From contig NC_043004.1 in assembly GCF_006345805.1 (NCBI RefSeq), forward strand, positions 77,438,001 through 77,502,000: a stretch of 64,000 nucleotides of DNA. Direction: 5' to 3'. Of this stretch, positions 1 through 12,840 are shown in pieces; the first letter of the stretch is position 1; every line of letters starts with the position of its first letter. Position numbers and translations under genes: made by a program. Source of the stretch: Octopus sinensis (lineage: Eukaryota). A model generated the notes under the pieces. That model saw nothing but the letters and a program-made list of their open reading frames with translations, did no database searches and was not told the DNA's origin.

Positions 1-60
1 CTGTGTGTGTCTGTGTCGGTGCGTGTGTGCATGTGTGCGTGCATGAGTGTGTGTGTGTGT

Positions 61-380
61 AATTTTTCTTTGAATTTTATTTAAGTTCTTGAGAGAGTTC
101 AAGCCAATCGCTAAGAAAACGACAAGACTTTTTGAGTTGAGAGTTCCCGGTGTTTATAAATATGTGGTTGAGATGGTGTGGAGGTTGAGCTGTCGATGCA
201 TGCACTTAAGTGTGTGCATCTATTCACATAAGAATCTCAGATGAAGAATTTTTGGAGTGTCTTACAAATCTTAACTGTGCTGCTAATAGATCAGATTCGG
301 AGAAACCGCATGAGTGTCTTTTGTTCTTTCTCTGTGAAACGAAATATCTCTAGGTTTTTGTGCAGGTTTTCTAACTTTTC
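61..380 (-). mobile_element. 3' end of an R4/Dong-like (restriction-endonuclease-type) non-LTR retrotransposon, decayed
   Basis: Minus strand 380-237 translates as [46 protein letters not shown], resembling the C-terminus of R4-clade ORFs (recalled pattern LQ..SI.GTVKICKTF). It is followed by a UTR and a (CA)n tail. Confidence 0.6.
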
Positions 381-381
381 T

Positions 382-679
382 GTGTATGTATGTATGTATG
401 TATGTATGTATGTATGTATGTATGTATGTATGTATGTATGCATGCATGCATGCATGTATGTATGTATGTATGCATATATGCATGTATGTATGTATATATA
501 TATATATTATATATATATATATATATATAATATATATATATATTATATATATATATATATATTATATATATAGATATATATATATAATATATATATATAT
601 ATATACATACATATATATATATATATACATACATACATTTTATATATATATTATATTATATATATATATATATAATATT

Positions 680-724
<45 letters not shown>

Positions 725-733
725 ATATATATA
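382..733. repeat. Compound microsatellite (TATG)n/(TA)n
   Basis: Seen directly; explains the MYVC/HTYI/YI ORFs. Confidence 0.98.
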
Positions 734-865
734 TTACGGAGATGTACTTGCATAGCGAGTGACTTGATCTGAGATCGTGTGCTGGAACGAAAACTATTGC
801 AGCGTGGAAGGTGTTTATAAGCCATTTAAGAAACACACAAAACCGTTAGATTCACTTCAACATTT
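733..865 (-). mobile_element. Truncated copy of the PLE-like terminal repeat also present at 46624-46810
   Basis: ttacggagatgtacttgcatagc...ttagattcacttcaacattta is near-identical to 46625-46746, but is cut before the hammerhead by an abutting SINE. Confidence 0.65.
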
Positions 866-869
866 ATAT

Positions 870-1262
870 CTTTACTCTTTTACTTGTTTCAGTCATTTGA
901 CTGCGGCCATGCTGGTGCACCGCCTTTAGTCGAGCAAATCGACCCCAAGACTTATTCTTTGTAAGCCTAGTACTTATTCTGTCGGTCTCTTTTGCCGAAC
1001 TGCTAAGTTACGGGGGCGTAAACACACCAGCATCGGTTGTCAAGCGATGTTGGGGGGACAAACACAGACACAAACATATACACACGCATACATACATATA
1101 TATATGTATATATATATACATATATACGACGGGTTTCCATCAGTTTCCGTCTACCAAATCCACTCACAAGGTTTTGATTGGCCCGAGTCTATAGTAGAAG
1201 ACACTTGCCCAAGGTGCCACGTAGTGGGACTGAACCTGGAACCATGTGGCTGGTAAGCAAGC
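870..1262 (-). mobile_element. SINE family A (tRNA-derived, CORE-like central motif)
   Basis: Reverse complement of the copies at 9257-9640 and 46205-46600. Shares the ccttgggcaagtgtcttct core and the gtcaaatgactgaaacaagtaaaaga tail. Confidence 0.9.
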
Positions 1263-1512
1263 TTATATATATATATGAACATCTAAAGGAGTTGCAAGAA
1301 GAATTCTACCAACTCAAACCTTCTGTGATTTTTTAAATACCAAAATTCCTGGACTTCTAGATGACAATATCAATAACTCTAAAACCCTCTTCAAGCCACA
1401 CTGTCTCGGTTGTGACGGAACTCCACTTTTAGTTGGCTGGATTGGACAATTTCAGATTTTGGTCATGGGTACTTTTCAGTAACGCTATAATGCTTATTCA
1501 TTTTCATGTATA

Positions 1513-1688
1513 AAGAAGAAGAAGAAGAAGAAGAAGAAGAAGAAGAAGAAGAAAAGAAGAGAAGAAGAAGAAGAAAGAAGAAGAAGAGAAGAAGAAGAAG
1601 AAGAGAAGAAGAAGAAGAAGAAGAAGAAGAAGAAGAAAGAAGAAGAAGAAGAAGAAGAAAAGAAGAAGAAGAAGAAGGGGAGGAGGAA
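1513..1688. repeat. (GAA)n microsatellite
   Basis: Seen directly. Confidence 0.98.
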
Positions 1689-2351
1689 TCACACAAGTAG
1701 ACACGTGCAAAACAAAATAACTAGAGCAAAACAAACTACAGAGCATTTACCAAAAAAAAAACTGAACGAAAACAACATAAGCAAAGCAAAAAAAAAAGAA
1801 TATGGGGAGGGTTTAAGAACACGAAATTTTAAACGTGGAAATAGTGAAGATGACAATATAAGAGAAAATAATTGAAGAATTAGAAACAATGGGTCTATGG
1901 AGCACAAAAATATTCCCCAAAATAAAACTCTACGATAAAATAATTGTAACGAAACTTAAAATAACTTTATCGCGGACTGAATGCAGACAAGAACATTGAA
2001 ATCAGAAAGTTAAATGAGAGAAAATATGCAGCAGTCACTGGTTCCAGAAAGATCGAGGACATTATCTCTGATCTATTCAAGTAAACAAAATGGAAAATAA
2101 ACATGCAGAAAAATATACAGAATAAAAGATCGATTAATGTAAGAGGATTCGGGAGACGGAGACTGGTAGAAGCCTGTCGTGTGTGTGTCTGTGTGTCTTT
2201 GAGTCTGTGTCTATCCCGCCACCCACCGCTTGACAACCTGTGTTGGTGTGTTTACTTCCCCCGTAATTCGACAGAAAAAGGTATTGTGGTTGACTCATTC
2301 GACTGAAAATGCTTCAAGGCGGTGCCTCAGCATGACTGCAGTCTAATGGCT

Positions 2352-2446
2352 GTAAAATTCTAGGGAGACCTAAACAAAAGCACCGTAAAATTCTAGGGAG
2401 ACCTAAACAAAAGCACCGTAAAATTCTAGGGAGACCTTAACAAAAG
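2352..2446. repeat. 33-bp minisatellite, about 2.9 copies
   Basis: Unit gtaaaattctagggagacctaaacaaaagcacc repeated head-to-tail. Confidence 0.95.
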
Positions 2447-3043
2447 AAGCTCAAACCCTTTACAAAAAGAAAAAAGAAAGAAAGGCAGCAGGATAGGAAT
2501 GCATAAGGTACTATCGGGGATACAGACGGGGCAGAAGACAACATCTAAAAGGTTTATTAAGTGGGGAATCATCTAATCTCCAAGACAAAAAAGGCAAACC
2601 CTAAAAAGCTCTATACCCGTAATCTACTTTCCTATTTGCTAAAATCTTTAAAATAAATATTGGGAAAAAGAAACGTGCTTCCAGAAGAGCAGGAAGAATA
2701 CTTTAAATTGACTCTAAGGACCACGGGCCGTTCAACGGGGTTGCAGCAAAAGACTGTACAAGAGGAAAGTAAGATCTAAACATCGTCGCAGAAATTGAGT
2801 ACCAGAATACTTTTGATGTTCTTCACACTTTGATCCTGGCAACAGTCCTGAATAGGACAGCCCTAACAAGCAGATACATTATCCAACTCATGGATACCTT
2901 TGAAACAGTTCTGCAGATACAGACAAGGGAGAGAATTATGAAAACTACAAAGGATAGAAACGCTGCCAGGAAGAGAGATTTACAGCAAACACTAATACCA
3001 ACACTTTCGATAAACTACACAAATTACGGTATACACAAGTGAA

Positions 3044-3273
3044 AGGCGGCGAGCTGGCAGAACCGTTAGCACGCCGGGCGAAATGCGTAGCCGTATTTCG
3101 TCTACCGTTACGTTCTGAGTTCAAATTCCGCCGAGGTCGACTTTGCCTTTCGTCCTTTCAGGGTCGATAAATTAAGTACCAGTTACGCACTGGGGTCGAT
3201 GTAATCGACTTAATCCGTTTGTCTGTCCTTGTTTGTCCCCTCTGTGTTTAGCCCCCTGTGGGCAATAAAGAAA
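3044..3273 (+). mobile_element. SINE family B (tRNA-derived), full length with TSD
   Basis: ggcggcgagctggcaga head, B-box-like gagttcaaattcc, central ggggtcgataaa..aagtaccag domain. Flanked by direct repeat atacacaagtgaaag (3031-3045, about 3279-3293). Confidence 0.9.
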
Positions 3274-3699
3274 CAGATATACACAAGTGAAAGAAAACAT
3301 TAGAAAGAATACAACAGACACATAAGACTAATACTCAAAACAGGAAAATGTGTTGGATATAAAGTTTGCCTTTTGGTACTAATACTATTTCCGTTGCTAT
3401 TATTTATGTTTTAATAAACCTGCTGGCTATTTGCGACATCATTGACTGAAAAGACATTGAAATTCTATATATCGAGGCAGCGAGATTTGACTAGTATGAG
3501 GTGGCCGCACGCCTGCCACAGAGGAGGTCCAATAAAGTAAAATTACTGATCTGGCAGTTCCGGTGCCGATAGCAAACAATTCTTGTCTGCTATGATTTAT
3601 TCCTCATGCGCCCATATGAGAGGACCTCTCAAGCCTAATACCGAAGTAGTCAAGTAGTCGGCATTCTAACAAAACATCCACGTTATGTTGAATATAAAT

Positions 3700-4439
3700 A
3701 TCTGCATCAATTTGGTTGTGTAAGTAGGCTCTATGTTTGGCTCCCTCACCAATTGAATGGGGTTAACTTCACCCAACGGATTCCCATCTGCGACTCGTTG
3801 CAGAAACGTGAAGAAAGCGAACCTTTTTTGAAGAGAATGGATAGAGGGGACGAAAAATGGATCGTCTATAACAATGTGAGGCACAAATGATCACAAGGAA
3901 ATCATGAAAAACCACCTCAAACAACCTCCAAAGAAGGATTTCACCTGAAAAATGTTGTTTTCAATTTGGTGGGATTGGAAGGGTTTTGTCTTGCACGAGC
4001 TTTTTTCCATAGACAAGACCATCAATTCGGATGTGTATTATGACCAGCTGGACAAATTAAACTTGCTAATCGTAAGGGCAGTTTTTCATACCGACAATGT
4101 AAAACTGCACACTTCTTTGCAGATACGGCAGAACTTGCTGGGGCTTGGATGGGAAGTTTTGCTGCACCCTCCATATTCGCCTGACCTTGCTCCTTCAGAT
4201 TTCAGTCTCTTCAAAATTCATTGAATGCGTAAGGATATAAAAATTCACCTGGAAGTGTTTTTCGCTAGTAAAAACAGGAAATTCTTTCAGCGATGAATAA
4301 TGGATCTGCGTACAAGATGGCAGAAGATACTGGAATGAAACGGTAATCATATCATTGATTGAATAAATCGCTTTGCGTTTAAAACTTGCATCTTATTTTC
4401 ACTTTAAAAAAAACTGAACGGACTTTTTGGCCAACCCAA
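3700..4439 (+). mobile_element. Mariner transposon, 3' two-thirds, pseudogenised
   Basis: Fragments VWLPHQL, GDEKWIVYNN, IWWDWKG, HTDN and HPPYSPDLAPSDF. Right TIR ...ggactttttggccaacccaa followed by TA. Confidence 0.92.
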
Positions 4440-5137
4440 TATTATTCTGCTTATGTACTTACGTATGTTACGCAGTGAAATGGTTGGTTGAAAGGAGAGG
4501 CAAAGAAAGAGAAGAGGGAACGTGGTCGTGGCGAGAAGTAAAAGAAGTGAGCACGCTAGTCACAAACATAAAATCACGCGCACACATTAAGACGTGATAT
4601 ACTGAGAGCTGGAGTAGCTAATTAAAGTAATGGTGATGTCATCAATAGGGATATTGATTAATGATGATAAGGCAACAACGAGTGTAGACTTATTGAACTA
4701 TTTTTTAATAGCCATCACAACGCATGCACTTTAAGGCAATCAATTGTCGCTTACTAAACCAAACATTTCCGTCTGTGTATGTAACGCTCTTACTAAGGAA
4801 CGAAATCAAAGACAATATTTGCATTATTCGTAAGACGATTGACTGATTACCGATGGAGGATAATCGAAGACATATTAGAGAAACATTTATATTATTTGTG
4901 AATCAAATGACTGATAAAATGATATTATGAATTAAGTATTGTATTTGTATTTTATATATATTTAGTCTTTTATTAGTGATTGGATTGCGGCCATGCTGGG
5001 GAGCCACCTTCAAATTTTGAAGTCGAGCATATTATTCCCAGGAGTTATTTTTAAGCTTGGGACTTAATGTATTTTCGTTTATTTGTCGAACCGCTGTATA
5101 ACGGTGCATAAGCCACACAAACAGTTTTTAAGAGAGC

Positions 5138-5203
<66 letters not shown>

Positions 5204-5214
5204 AACACTGCAAC

Positions 5215-5450
5215 TCGATTTCGTGCAAAGTCATTTTTCTCTTCAAGCAGCACGGATGTGGCTTTTAAGCCCTGCTAGGACCGACACTCTTTTTCACAGA
5301 CGTAGCAACGATGGGTGCCCCAAGCAGCAGATTTTCGAAGAATTATTATCCACACTGACACATGCTTTCATTTCTTCGTGGAATTCTTTCATTCAGTGTT
5401 TTACCTTTTTCGTTAACGTCAGTCATACCATGCAGCGCGTAATGGAGATG
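5215..5450 (-). mobile_element. RTE-type LINE 3' fragment with C-terminal zinc knuckle
   Basis: Minus strand gives a frameshifted CYVCEK-CRS*AGLKSHIR-like C2H2 motif, typical of RTE/BovB-like ORF ends. Confidence 0.5.
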
Positions 5451-5664
5451 TTAAGAATCAAGAGATGCTCCTGCCTGAAGTGGGGTATGGTCTAGCGCAG
5501 GGCCAATCCACTCTCTAAACAACGTGTGCATTTGCATCATTGTATACAAACGAAGCCACAGGTGTTACATCAGAGTTTTCCTCCTACATAGCTGTCTAAA
5601 CAAAAACTACGGGTCCCTCACTCTCAGCTGTTGGATGGTAGACTGATACTGATAGAAGACCACT

Positions 5665-5822
5665 CGATCTTCTAGCGCGCCAATTCTTAACCAACATTTG
5701 CATCGTTCTCTTTATCGAAACTTTTATCCGAAAACTTGACTCCAAAATTTTCATGTATTTGCTTAACAAAACCCGTCCTCACATACGCTTCCACTATCTT
5801 TCCGCTATTGAGTATATCATCT
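5665..5822 (-). mobile_element. Tc1/mariner-type transposase N-terminal (DUF4817-like HTH) fragment
   Basis: Frameshifted MIYSIAER/IVEAYVRTGFVKQIHENFGVKFSDKS/IKRTMQMLVKNWRAR. Confidence 0.55.
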
Positions 5823-6411
5823 TGCAGAAAAGTCTAGAGATATTCGCTCAAAGTACTCTTACAATCAACTAACGTGGTGAAGATGGAGTGAGGAGAACGT
5901 AGCAAGCAGTCGACTAGTGCGCCATCTTTGATCAGCAGTTACAAGCAGTCGAAATAACACAACACTTGTAAAGCAAAAGCTAGGCGCTTTTTCGTCTGTG
6001 TACATTTATTTCTGTATTTACTATACTACGACACCCAGGCTACTTTGTCGTGCACCATCCTATATGTGTGTGTCGCTTAAAGAATATATAGTGTTTGCAA
6101 GTGGAGAAAGCTTTCATCAACAGCTAGTGGTTGTCTCACATTGAAGACGAGTAACCACTCAGAAACCATGGTCTGTGAGTATCGCGTAAGGCTGGAGATG
6201 GGAGCGATGACCTCCTTTGCAAACATTACACGGACACAGGACGGAGTATCGATAGCCAGCTGGAAAATATGCTTTCCTGAGGCTTAAACAACAGTAACAT
6301 CTTCTTTTATAGAACCGCCACATTCTGTTGGCAAATAAACTTTACTGTTACTGTATATCTCCTGTATATCTCCTGTTACTGTATATCTCAGGCTGAGAGA
6401 TTTAAAACAAG

Positions 6412-6470
<59 letters not shown>

Positions 6471-6911
6471 CGTCCATATAATGTATATGCATATGTATAT
6501 ATATTCTGATTGAATCTTCCATGTGTTAACATGTACCTCCTTGCGACAAAGTAAACTTTCCTTTAAACAAGGTGTCATTGGCCTCAAGAGTCGCCTGCGG
6601 TATACACCTCGCTTGGATATTTACCATTTCTGAGGTTCCGCTCACTATGAAACATATGTAGCCCGGATCTTATTTACTCCATTCCGTAACTTTTGTATTC
6701 TTATTCGCACACTTGGCAACCCTGGTCGCCTACCGTGAAATAAAGAAAGAACTTTTTTCGGTTTATCGTACTTCAATACGAAAAAATCCACAACCTTCCG
6801 TTTCAATAAACCACTATTGTCCCTGAGTGTTGTTCTTTATATCTTTATATTTACTATGGATTGCTTGAAGCTAACTTTCTTCCTACATCTCGATCCCTAT
6901 ACATATATATA

Positions 6912-6947
<36 letters not shown>

Positions 6948-7279
6948 TGTATGTATGTATGTATGTATGTATGTATATAAATTAAGACTCGCAATGTAGT
7001 ATTTGCAGAAAAGTACTATGCTATATCCTGCAAGAATCCTAAAGAACACTTTAGAAATTTGAGAAAACTTGTCACCAAACCTCAAGATAGCAATCCTGCT
7101 AATTAAATAAGCATGTACTAGATTAATTATAACTCGGATGCAAATGTAATGAGAGGACAATCAGCAATCGTTCGCATATCGATGATCTCAAGTTGTACAC
7201 AGCAGGTGATAAATAACCTTAAAGCTAAAACCAGTACAAACGCACGAACGATGTCATAAATAACAGTGACAAACGAAAT

Positions 7280-7531
7280 ATACACCGCCGATAATTGTTG
7301 TTGACAAACAACAGCAGTAATTTTATTCGGCTGAATACACGTCATTGATTGGTTGAAATTACCGAAATACGACAACTTTAACACGAAATAACTTCGTAGA
7401 TATAAACTTTTCTCAAATACGCTAAGAGTAAAAGATGTTTTATATGACACATTCTACCAGTATACAAAGTTTGAAAGTGTTTAGTTACGAAAAATTATTT
7501 TCTCAATCTGCCGGTCAAAAGGTAAAGATCT
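7280..7531. mobile_element. Partial MITE related to the Merlin-type MITE family
   Basis: Shares cgtcattgattggttgaaatt and cattctaccagtatac blocks with the 18914 family and ends ctgccggtcaaaaggtaaagatc. Sister copy at 45080-45319. Confidence 0.75.
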
Positions 7532-7879
7532 GAATTAGACAATGCGGGGACTAAACACACTTAAAAATCAACTCTTACGAAAACTTACCTGGCCCGGTAA
7601 TAAGTGTGTGTGTGTGTTTGTGTGTGTGTGTGTATACAGATACATACACACTTTTGTATGTTATATATACAATACAAATATATAGGTTATGCATCTGCTA
7701 CATGTTTGTGTATATAATTTGTGTGTGTATGTGTGTTTGTATGTAGGAGTATATATTGTGAAAACAATGAATGCAAAATAAGAAAGCAAACAACTCAGGA
7801 AGATCAAGTTTTAACGGATGTTGCATGCTTATTCTTGTTGTTAAATAAGAGTTCGCTGTTTATTATATCACTGGATTCA

Positions 7880-8150
7880 TGTTTTGGAATTTAGCGTCAA
7901 TTTCTTCAATGTTCAGGGATTTCTGAATGATTCCTGCAAAATAACGGGGGACAGTTTACTGCAATTCCATTACATTTCAGTGACTATATTTTCCAGTTTC
8001 TTAAACAGTTAATTTTTTACCCGTACTATTCTAATAACAATCAAGATAACAACGTTGCTAACATGTCGCAGAGCTTTCTCAGTTCTTTCGTCAAATTTAG
8101 AGATTTTTCAATTCTACCCTCTTTCTTACACTTTTCCAACGTGGTTTAAT
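7880..8150 (-). mobile_element. Old R4/Dong-like LINE 3' fragment
   Basis: Minus strand CKKEGRIEKSLNLTKELRKLCDM...AGIIQKSL resembles the KY..L..ELRKLW...ARIIRKVL end of RLE-type ORFs. Confidence 0.4.
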
Positions 8151-8241
<91 letters not shown>

Positions 8242-8367
8242 TCTATCAAATGGTCATAATTTCCTTTAATCATATTCAATAACTTTTAACTGTTGATGAT
8301 TATATTTTTCGTCTATTTTGTACCAAAATTTTCTGTTTAACGTCACGGTGCATAATTTTCCAATTAA

Positions 8368-8600
8368 GGCGGCGAGCTGGTTGATACGTTAGCACGCTGG
8401 GCGAAATGCGTAGCCGTATTTCGTCTGCCGTTACGTTCTGAGTTCAAATTCCGCCGAGGATGACTTTGCTTTTCATCTTTTCGGGGTTGATGAATTAAGT
8501 ACCAGTTACGCACCGGGGTCGATATAATCGACTTAATCCGTTAGTCTGTCGTTGTTTGTCCCCTCTGTGTTTAGCCCCTTGTGGGTAGTAAAGAAATAGG
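8368..8600 (+). mobile_element. SINE family B, full length
   Basis: Near-identical to 3044-3273. Imperfect TSD cat(a/c)attttccaa. Confidence 0.9.
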
Positions 8601-8702
8601 TACATCATTTTCCAAGCTGTTTCCCTGTGTTTCTCTTTTTTTCGTTCTTATCTTTATATAATTGACAGCTTATTTGTCTTCTTTCCAGAACTTACTGTCT
8701 TG

Positions 8703-9055
8703 TTATCTCCGCCTTAGCGAAGGCGGAGATTCTGTTTTCAGTCGTGTTTGTTTGTCTGTGGACAAGATATCTCAAGAATCACTGGATGGATTCGGATGAA
8801 ACTTTCGGGAATGTTTGGCTTCGTGACTGGCACGAACTGATTAGATTTGGGGATCGATCCGGTACCGGACAAGGATTCTGGTTTATTTTTTCCTATTTTA
8901 TTACTTAACTTTTGAGAGCGGTCGAGTTCATTTTTAGTATTCTCGTTTGTGAGTTTATTTCAGATATTCTCATTTTAAAAATCATTTCTGGCTAATCGTT
9001 GAGAGGATGTTGGTGTTGCCTTGGCGGAGGTTTGCGCTCTCTGAGTGCTCTTGTT
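8703..9055 (+). mobile_element. HINE/DINE-1-like non-autonomous Helentron-associated element
   Basis: 5' subterminal ctccgcc paired with a nearby ggcggag, then a (GTTT)n tract, a 3' subterminal ttggcggagg and a 3' hairpin gcgctc-tct-gagtgc, with TT at both ends. Confidence 0.75.
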
Positions 9056-9256
9056 CGCTTCTGTTTAATCTTTGATTTGCACAACCATTATCAGTGTTTC
9101 TGTTTCCTTGTTAAATCCTTCATCTTTTAAAAGTAGACTTCATTGTTATATCAAAAACATAAATGCTTGTATAAACATACAAACACATACAAGTAAAATA
9201 TGAATATACATGTGTATTTATATGCATTTATATATATATATATAATATATATATAT

Positions 9257-9640
9257 GGCTGTGTGGTAAGTAGCTTGCTTACCAACCACATGGCCCCGGG
9301 TTCAGTCCCACTGCGTGCCACCTTGGGCAAGTGTCTTCTATAGCCTCGGGCCGACCAAAGCCTTGTGAGTGGATTTGGTAGACGGAAACTGAAAGAAGCC
9401 CGTCGTATATGTGTGTATATATATGTGTGTGTGTTTGTGTGTCTGTGTTTCCCCCCCCCCCCCAACATCGCTTGACAACCGATGCTGGTGTGTTTACGTC
9501 CCCGTAACTTAGCAGTTCGGCAAAAGAGACCGATAGAATAAATACTAGACTTACAAAGAATAAGTCCTGGGGGTCGATTTGCTCGACTAAAGGCGGTGTT
9601 CCAGCATCGCCGCAGTCAAATGACTGAAACAAGTAAAAGA
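9257..9640 (+). mobile_element. SINE family A, near full length
   Basis: tggctgtgtggtaag A-box-like, gggttcagtcc B-box-like, CORE-like ccttgggcaagtg, internal (TG) tract and shared 3' tail. Confidence 0.9.
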
Positions 9641-9883
9641 GTATATATATATATATATATAGTCATATACATATAGCAATGTATACATGCACACATGTTT
9701 ATGTATATATGTGCCTATACATACATGCACATGTATATATGTATATACATATATAGATAAATGCATACATATGAATTTATATGCGAATTTGTTTGCGCAC
9801 TTATATCCGTGATAGCAAAATTTGTCTGTCAAACACGTACACACAACCTGAAATACGCTCACGTGCACACACGCACATTCACA

Positions 9884-9919
<36 letters not shown>

Positions 9920-10104
9920 TTTAAAATCAGAACTCGGAGGATGTATCAGTGCAAAATTGCGAGTCTGTGCAATCAGCGAATCTGAACTAATTATCAGAGC
10001 TATTAAAATCCTGACGAATAAACAAGTCAGTTTACTCTCTCACACACAAACATGCGCGTGCGCACACACCCACAGTAAAGCGCACATATCCACAAAAGCA
10101 GGCT

Positions 10105-10185
10105 CTGCCTTATTGGCTGAAGAATGTTCGTATGATTTCTAAGTGGGTCATGTGATGAACTGTGGACAGTATTTTTATAAAGCAG
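10105..10185 (+). promoter_or_regulatory. Possible Pol II core promoter
   Basis: Reverse CCAAT (ATTGG, about 10112), E-box GTCATGTGA (about 10147) and TATAAA (about 10176) in a promoter-like order within non-repetitive DNA. Motif-only evidence. Confidence 0.25.
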
Positions 10186-10376
10186 CCATGACAGTATGGC
10201 AGTATAGTTCCAATCCCTGAAATCTGACATTTCTGCCGTTATTAGCACAAGATAATGCATGCCTCTCTCGATAGCTTAATTAAATTTGAGTTAATTTAGC
10301 TAAAAGCAAAGATGGCAGGAAAATTTCATTGTGGAAGATATAATGGTTCATGTATTATACTTCCTACTCTCTTTCT

Positions 10377-10444
<68 letters not shown>

Positions 10445-11025
10445 CCTCTCTCTCCACACGCACACATACATGTCTTAATATATGCGTGTTTCTGATTCCC
10501 ACTTCGGTATATTGCCTCGTTCTTCTATTTCTGTCTATCCCACTCCGCTATCTCAGTCAAACTTTAACTGCATCTCGTAATCTCCTCTCCTTACTTTTTT
10601 TAAGCTTTCAACGCATCACTTTCGCCCGTCTTCAAACTCATTGTTTCTGCAAAAAAAAAAAAAGAGATCTAGAGGGCAGATATATAGAGCATAGCAACTG
10701 AAAAGGGTAATATAAGCAAGAAGACACCGGAGAATTTTTTTCTCTTTACAGAATATTCTGCATTCGTACATTCATGATATGGTTTGATGGTGAGTTGAAT
10801 TCAAATTGCTAACTCCAAAAAACGCGAATCTATCAAAATAATGAATGGGTTTTATTGGTTATGCTATTTAAACAGAAGTCCCTCCTTCCATCCCGCACTT
10901 TTCACAGAGAATCAAAATAATTGCGAAGCTTGGTATCTCTAGCGAAAATATATAGTCCCAATTTCAACACTGTTAAATGAGACCAGCCAAGTCTAAATAA
11001 TAATGCTTCCGGTATCAAATCGAAA

Positions 11026-11059
<34 letters not shown>

Positions 11060-11062
<3 letters not shown>

Positions 11063-11192
11063 AGAGTTTACGAAAAAAACAAAAGACGAAGACAGGTGGT
11101 GTACAAAACAAACAGATGTATTAGTATAACGCTCAGGAATTGAAAAAGTCTTTTACGTTTCGAGCCTACGCTCTTCTACAGAAAGGGACAGA
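11060..11192 (-). mobile_element. Solo PLE pseudo-LTR (family of 40600-40782) containing a hammerhead fold
   Basis: Reverse complement matches 40657-40782 and 41646-41781; embedded in (TA)n. Confidence 0.8.
11150..11185 (-). ncRNA. Minimal type-I hammerhead-like ribozyme, core CUGUAGA
   Basis: CTTT-CTGTAGA-A-GAGC(GTAG)GCTC-GAAA-CG-T-A-AAAG: stem I CTTT/AAAG, stem II GAGC/GCTC, palindromic stem III ACGT. Confidence 0.7.
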
Positions 11193-11793
11193 AAAAAATA
11201 TATATATATATATACAACGGGTTTCATTCAGTTTCCGTCTACCAAATCTGCATACATGGCTTTGGTCGACGGCCCGAAACTATAGTAGAAGACTGAACCC
11301 GGAACTTTGTGGTTGAGACGCAAACGTCTTACCACACAGCCATACTTGCGCCTGTATTTATACTTACCATTTCTATAAAACAGCCGACGCCACAAGAATG
11401 CAGAAGCAAATAGTCTGGTATTGATTACGTAACATAAATAATAATTATTGATCATCTATTTATATAATTTGTCAATTTCCATTTAGGAAACAGTGAAGAA
11501 AGCATTTATAGGTGTATTGCAAATAGTCGCGCGGCTAAATAGGAATCTGGTATGGCACGCGACGAGAATGTGGCTGGCTGCAAAAGCAAGCTATTGAGAG
11601 GTCCAAGAAGGGTGAAATGTGTCTGGCGTTCTTGCTGGTTGCTGCGGAGACAAATTTTCATCTCCCTCCGATATATATTGCGTTTTTAACACAATACGTC
11701 CATAAGAGATTTTAACTCAGGACAAATGCCACTGTGACTGACCTATCAACAGAATATACATGGAGTACGATAAATAGATGGCTATTTTATTGT

Positions 11794-11822
11794 CAGACAG
11801 ACAGACAGACTGACAGACAGAC

Positions 11823-11892
<70 letters not shown>

Positions 11893-11924
11893 GTAGGTAG
11901 GTAGGTAGGTAGATAGATAGATAG

Positions 11925-11982
<58 letters not shown>

Positions 11983-11999
11983 GTAGGTAGGTAGGTAGG

Positions 12000-12083
<84 letters not shown>

Positions 12084-12092
12084 CAGACAGAT
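11794..12092. repeat. (GATA)n/(GACA)n/(GGTA)n microsatellite
   Basis: Seen directly. Confidence 0.98.
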
Positions 12093-12611
12093 AATAATAT
12101 TTATTGGAATACACACTCGCGCGCGTACGCACGTACACACGTACACACACACACACACACACACAAATTATCGTGGAAAATTTTCGAGTAACTAAAATAT
12201 TTGGATGTTCAGTATGATCAAAGATTAGTCTTGGTTCCATAATCTGACAACTTATTTTCAATTATTAAGTAGATTACTTCTTGCAGGTTTCTTAAAAGCA
12301 CAGAAGATATCCCGATATCGATAGTTAATCTTTAACCTAGCAGATTATTCAATTTAATAACATAATTAACCAAATATGATGAAATTTACAGAGGTAAGAT
12401 AGCCAAATATATACTTGAGGTATTAGACAACCGACACAGTGTTTGTGGTTTTGTAGAATTTCTTTGTAGTTCGCTAAGCTGTGTTACGTTGGCGCCTGAT
12501 GCAAAAAGAACAGGTGTAGGTTCCTTCTACGTAATGCCATTGAATTTAGAACTTATTTTTATGAAAGCACATATCTCTTCTACACTTCAGTTATTATGAT
12601 AGAGCAGTGTA

Positions 12612-12835
12612 AAGCGGGTAGCTGGCAGAATCGTTGTCACGCTGGTCGAAATGCTTAACGCTAATTCTTTCGGTTCTTTATGGTCTGAGTTCAAACTCCG
12701 ACAAGATCGCCTTTGCCTTTCATCCTTTCGGGGTCGATAAGATAAGCACCAGTGGAACACTAGGATTGATGCAATCGACCTACTTTTCCCTCAGTATTGC
12801 TGGCTTTGTGCTAAACTTAGAAATAATAATAATCT
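12612..12835 (+). mobile_element. SINE family B (older variant)
   Basis: tagctggcagaatcgtt head, gagttcaaactcc, ggggtcgataagataagcaccag and an (AAT)n tail. Confidence 0.8.
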
Positions 12836-12840
12836 AATAA

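Noticed and set aside
241-825. Long ORFs rich in MYVC/HTYI/YI (also 11782-12261, 31532-32520 and similar)
   Set aside because: Translations of stop-free microsatellites, not genes.
2352-2446. 33-bp repeats as a CRISPR array (also the 62-64 bp repeats at 57058-57330)
   Set aside because: Head-to-tail units with no unique spacers, eukaryotic context and no cas genes.
5920-6290. LTR end (CA) followed by a PBS-like ttgaagacgag
   Set aside because: No second LTR, TSD or recognisable gag/pol sequence; too weak to call.
7865-7934. Possible minus-strand terminal exon (GIIQKSLNIEEIDAKFQNMNPVI*)
   Set aside because: Better explained as the end of a decayed R4-like LINE ORF that continues upstream.
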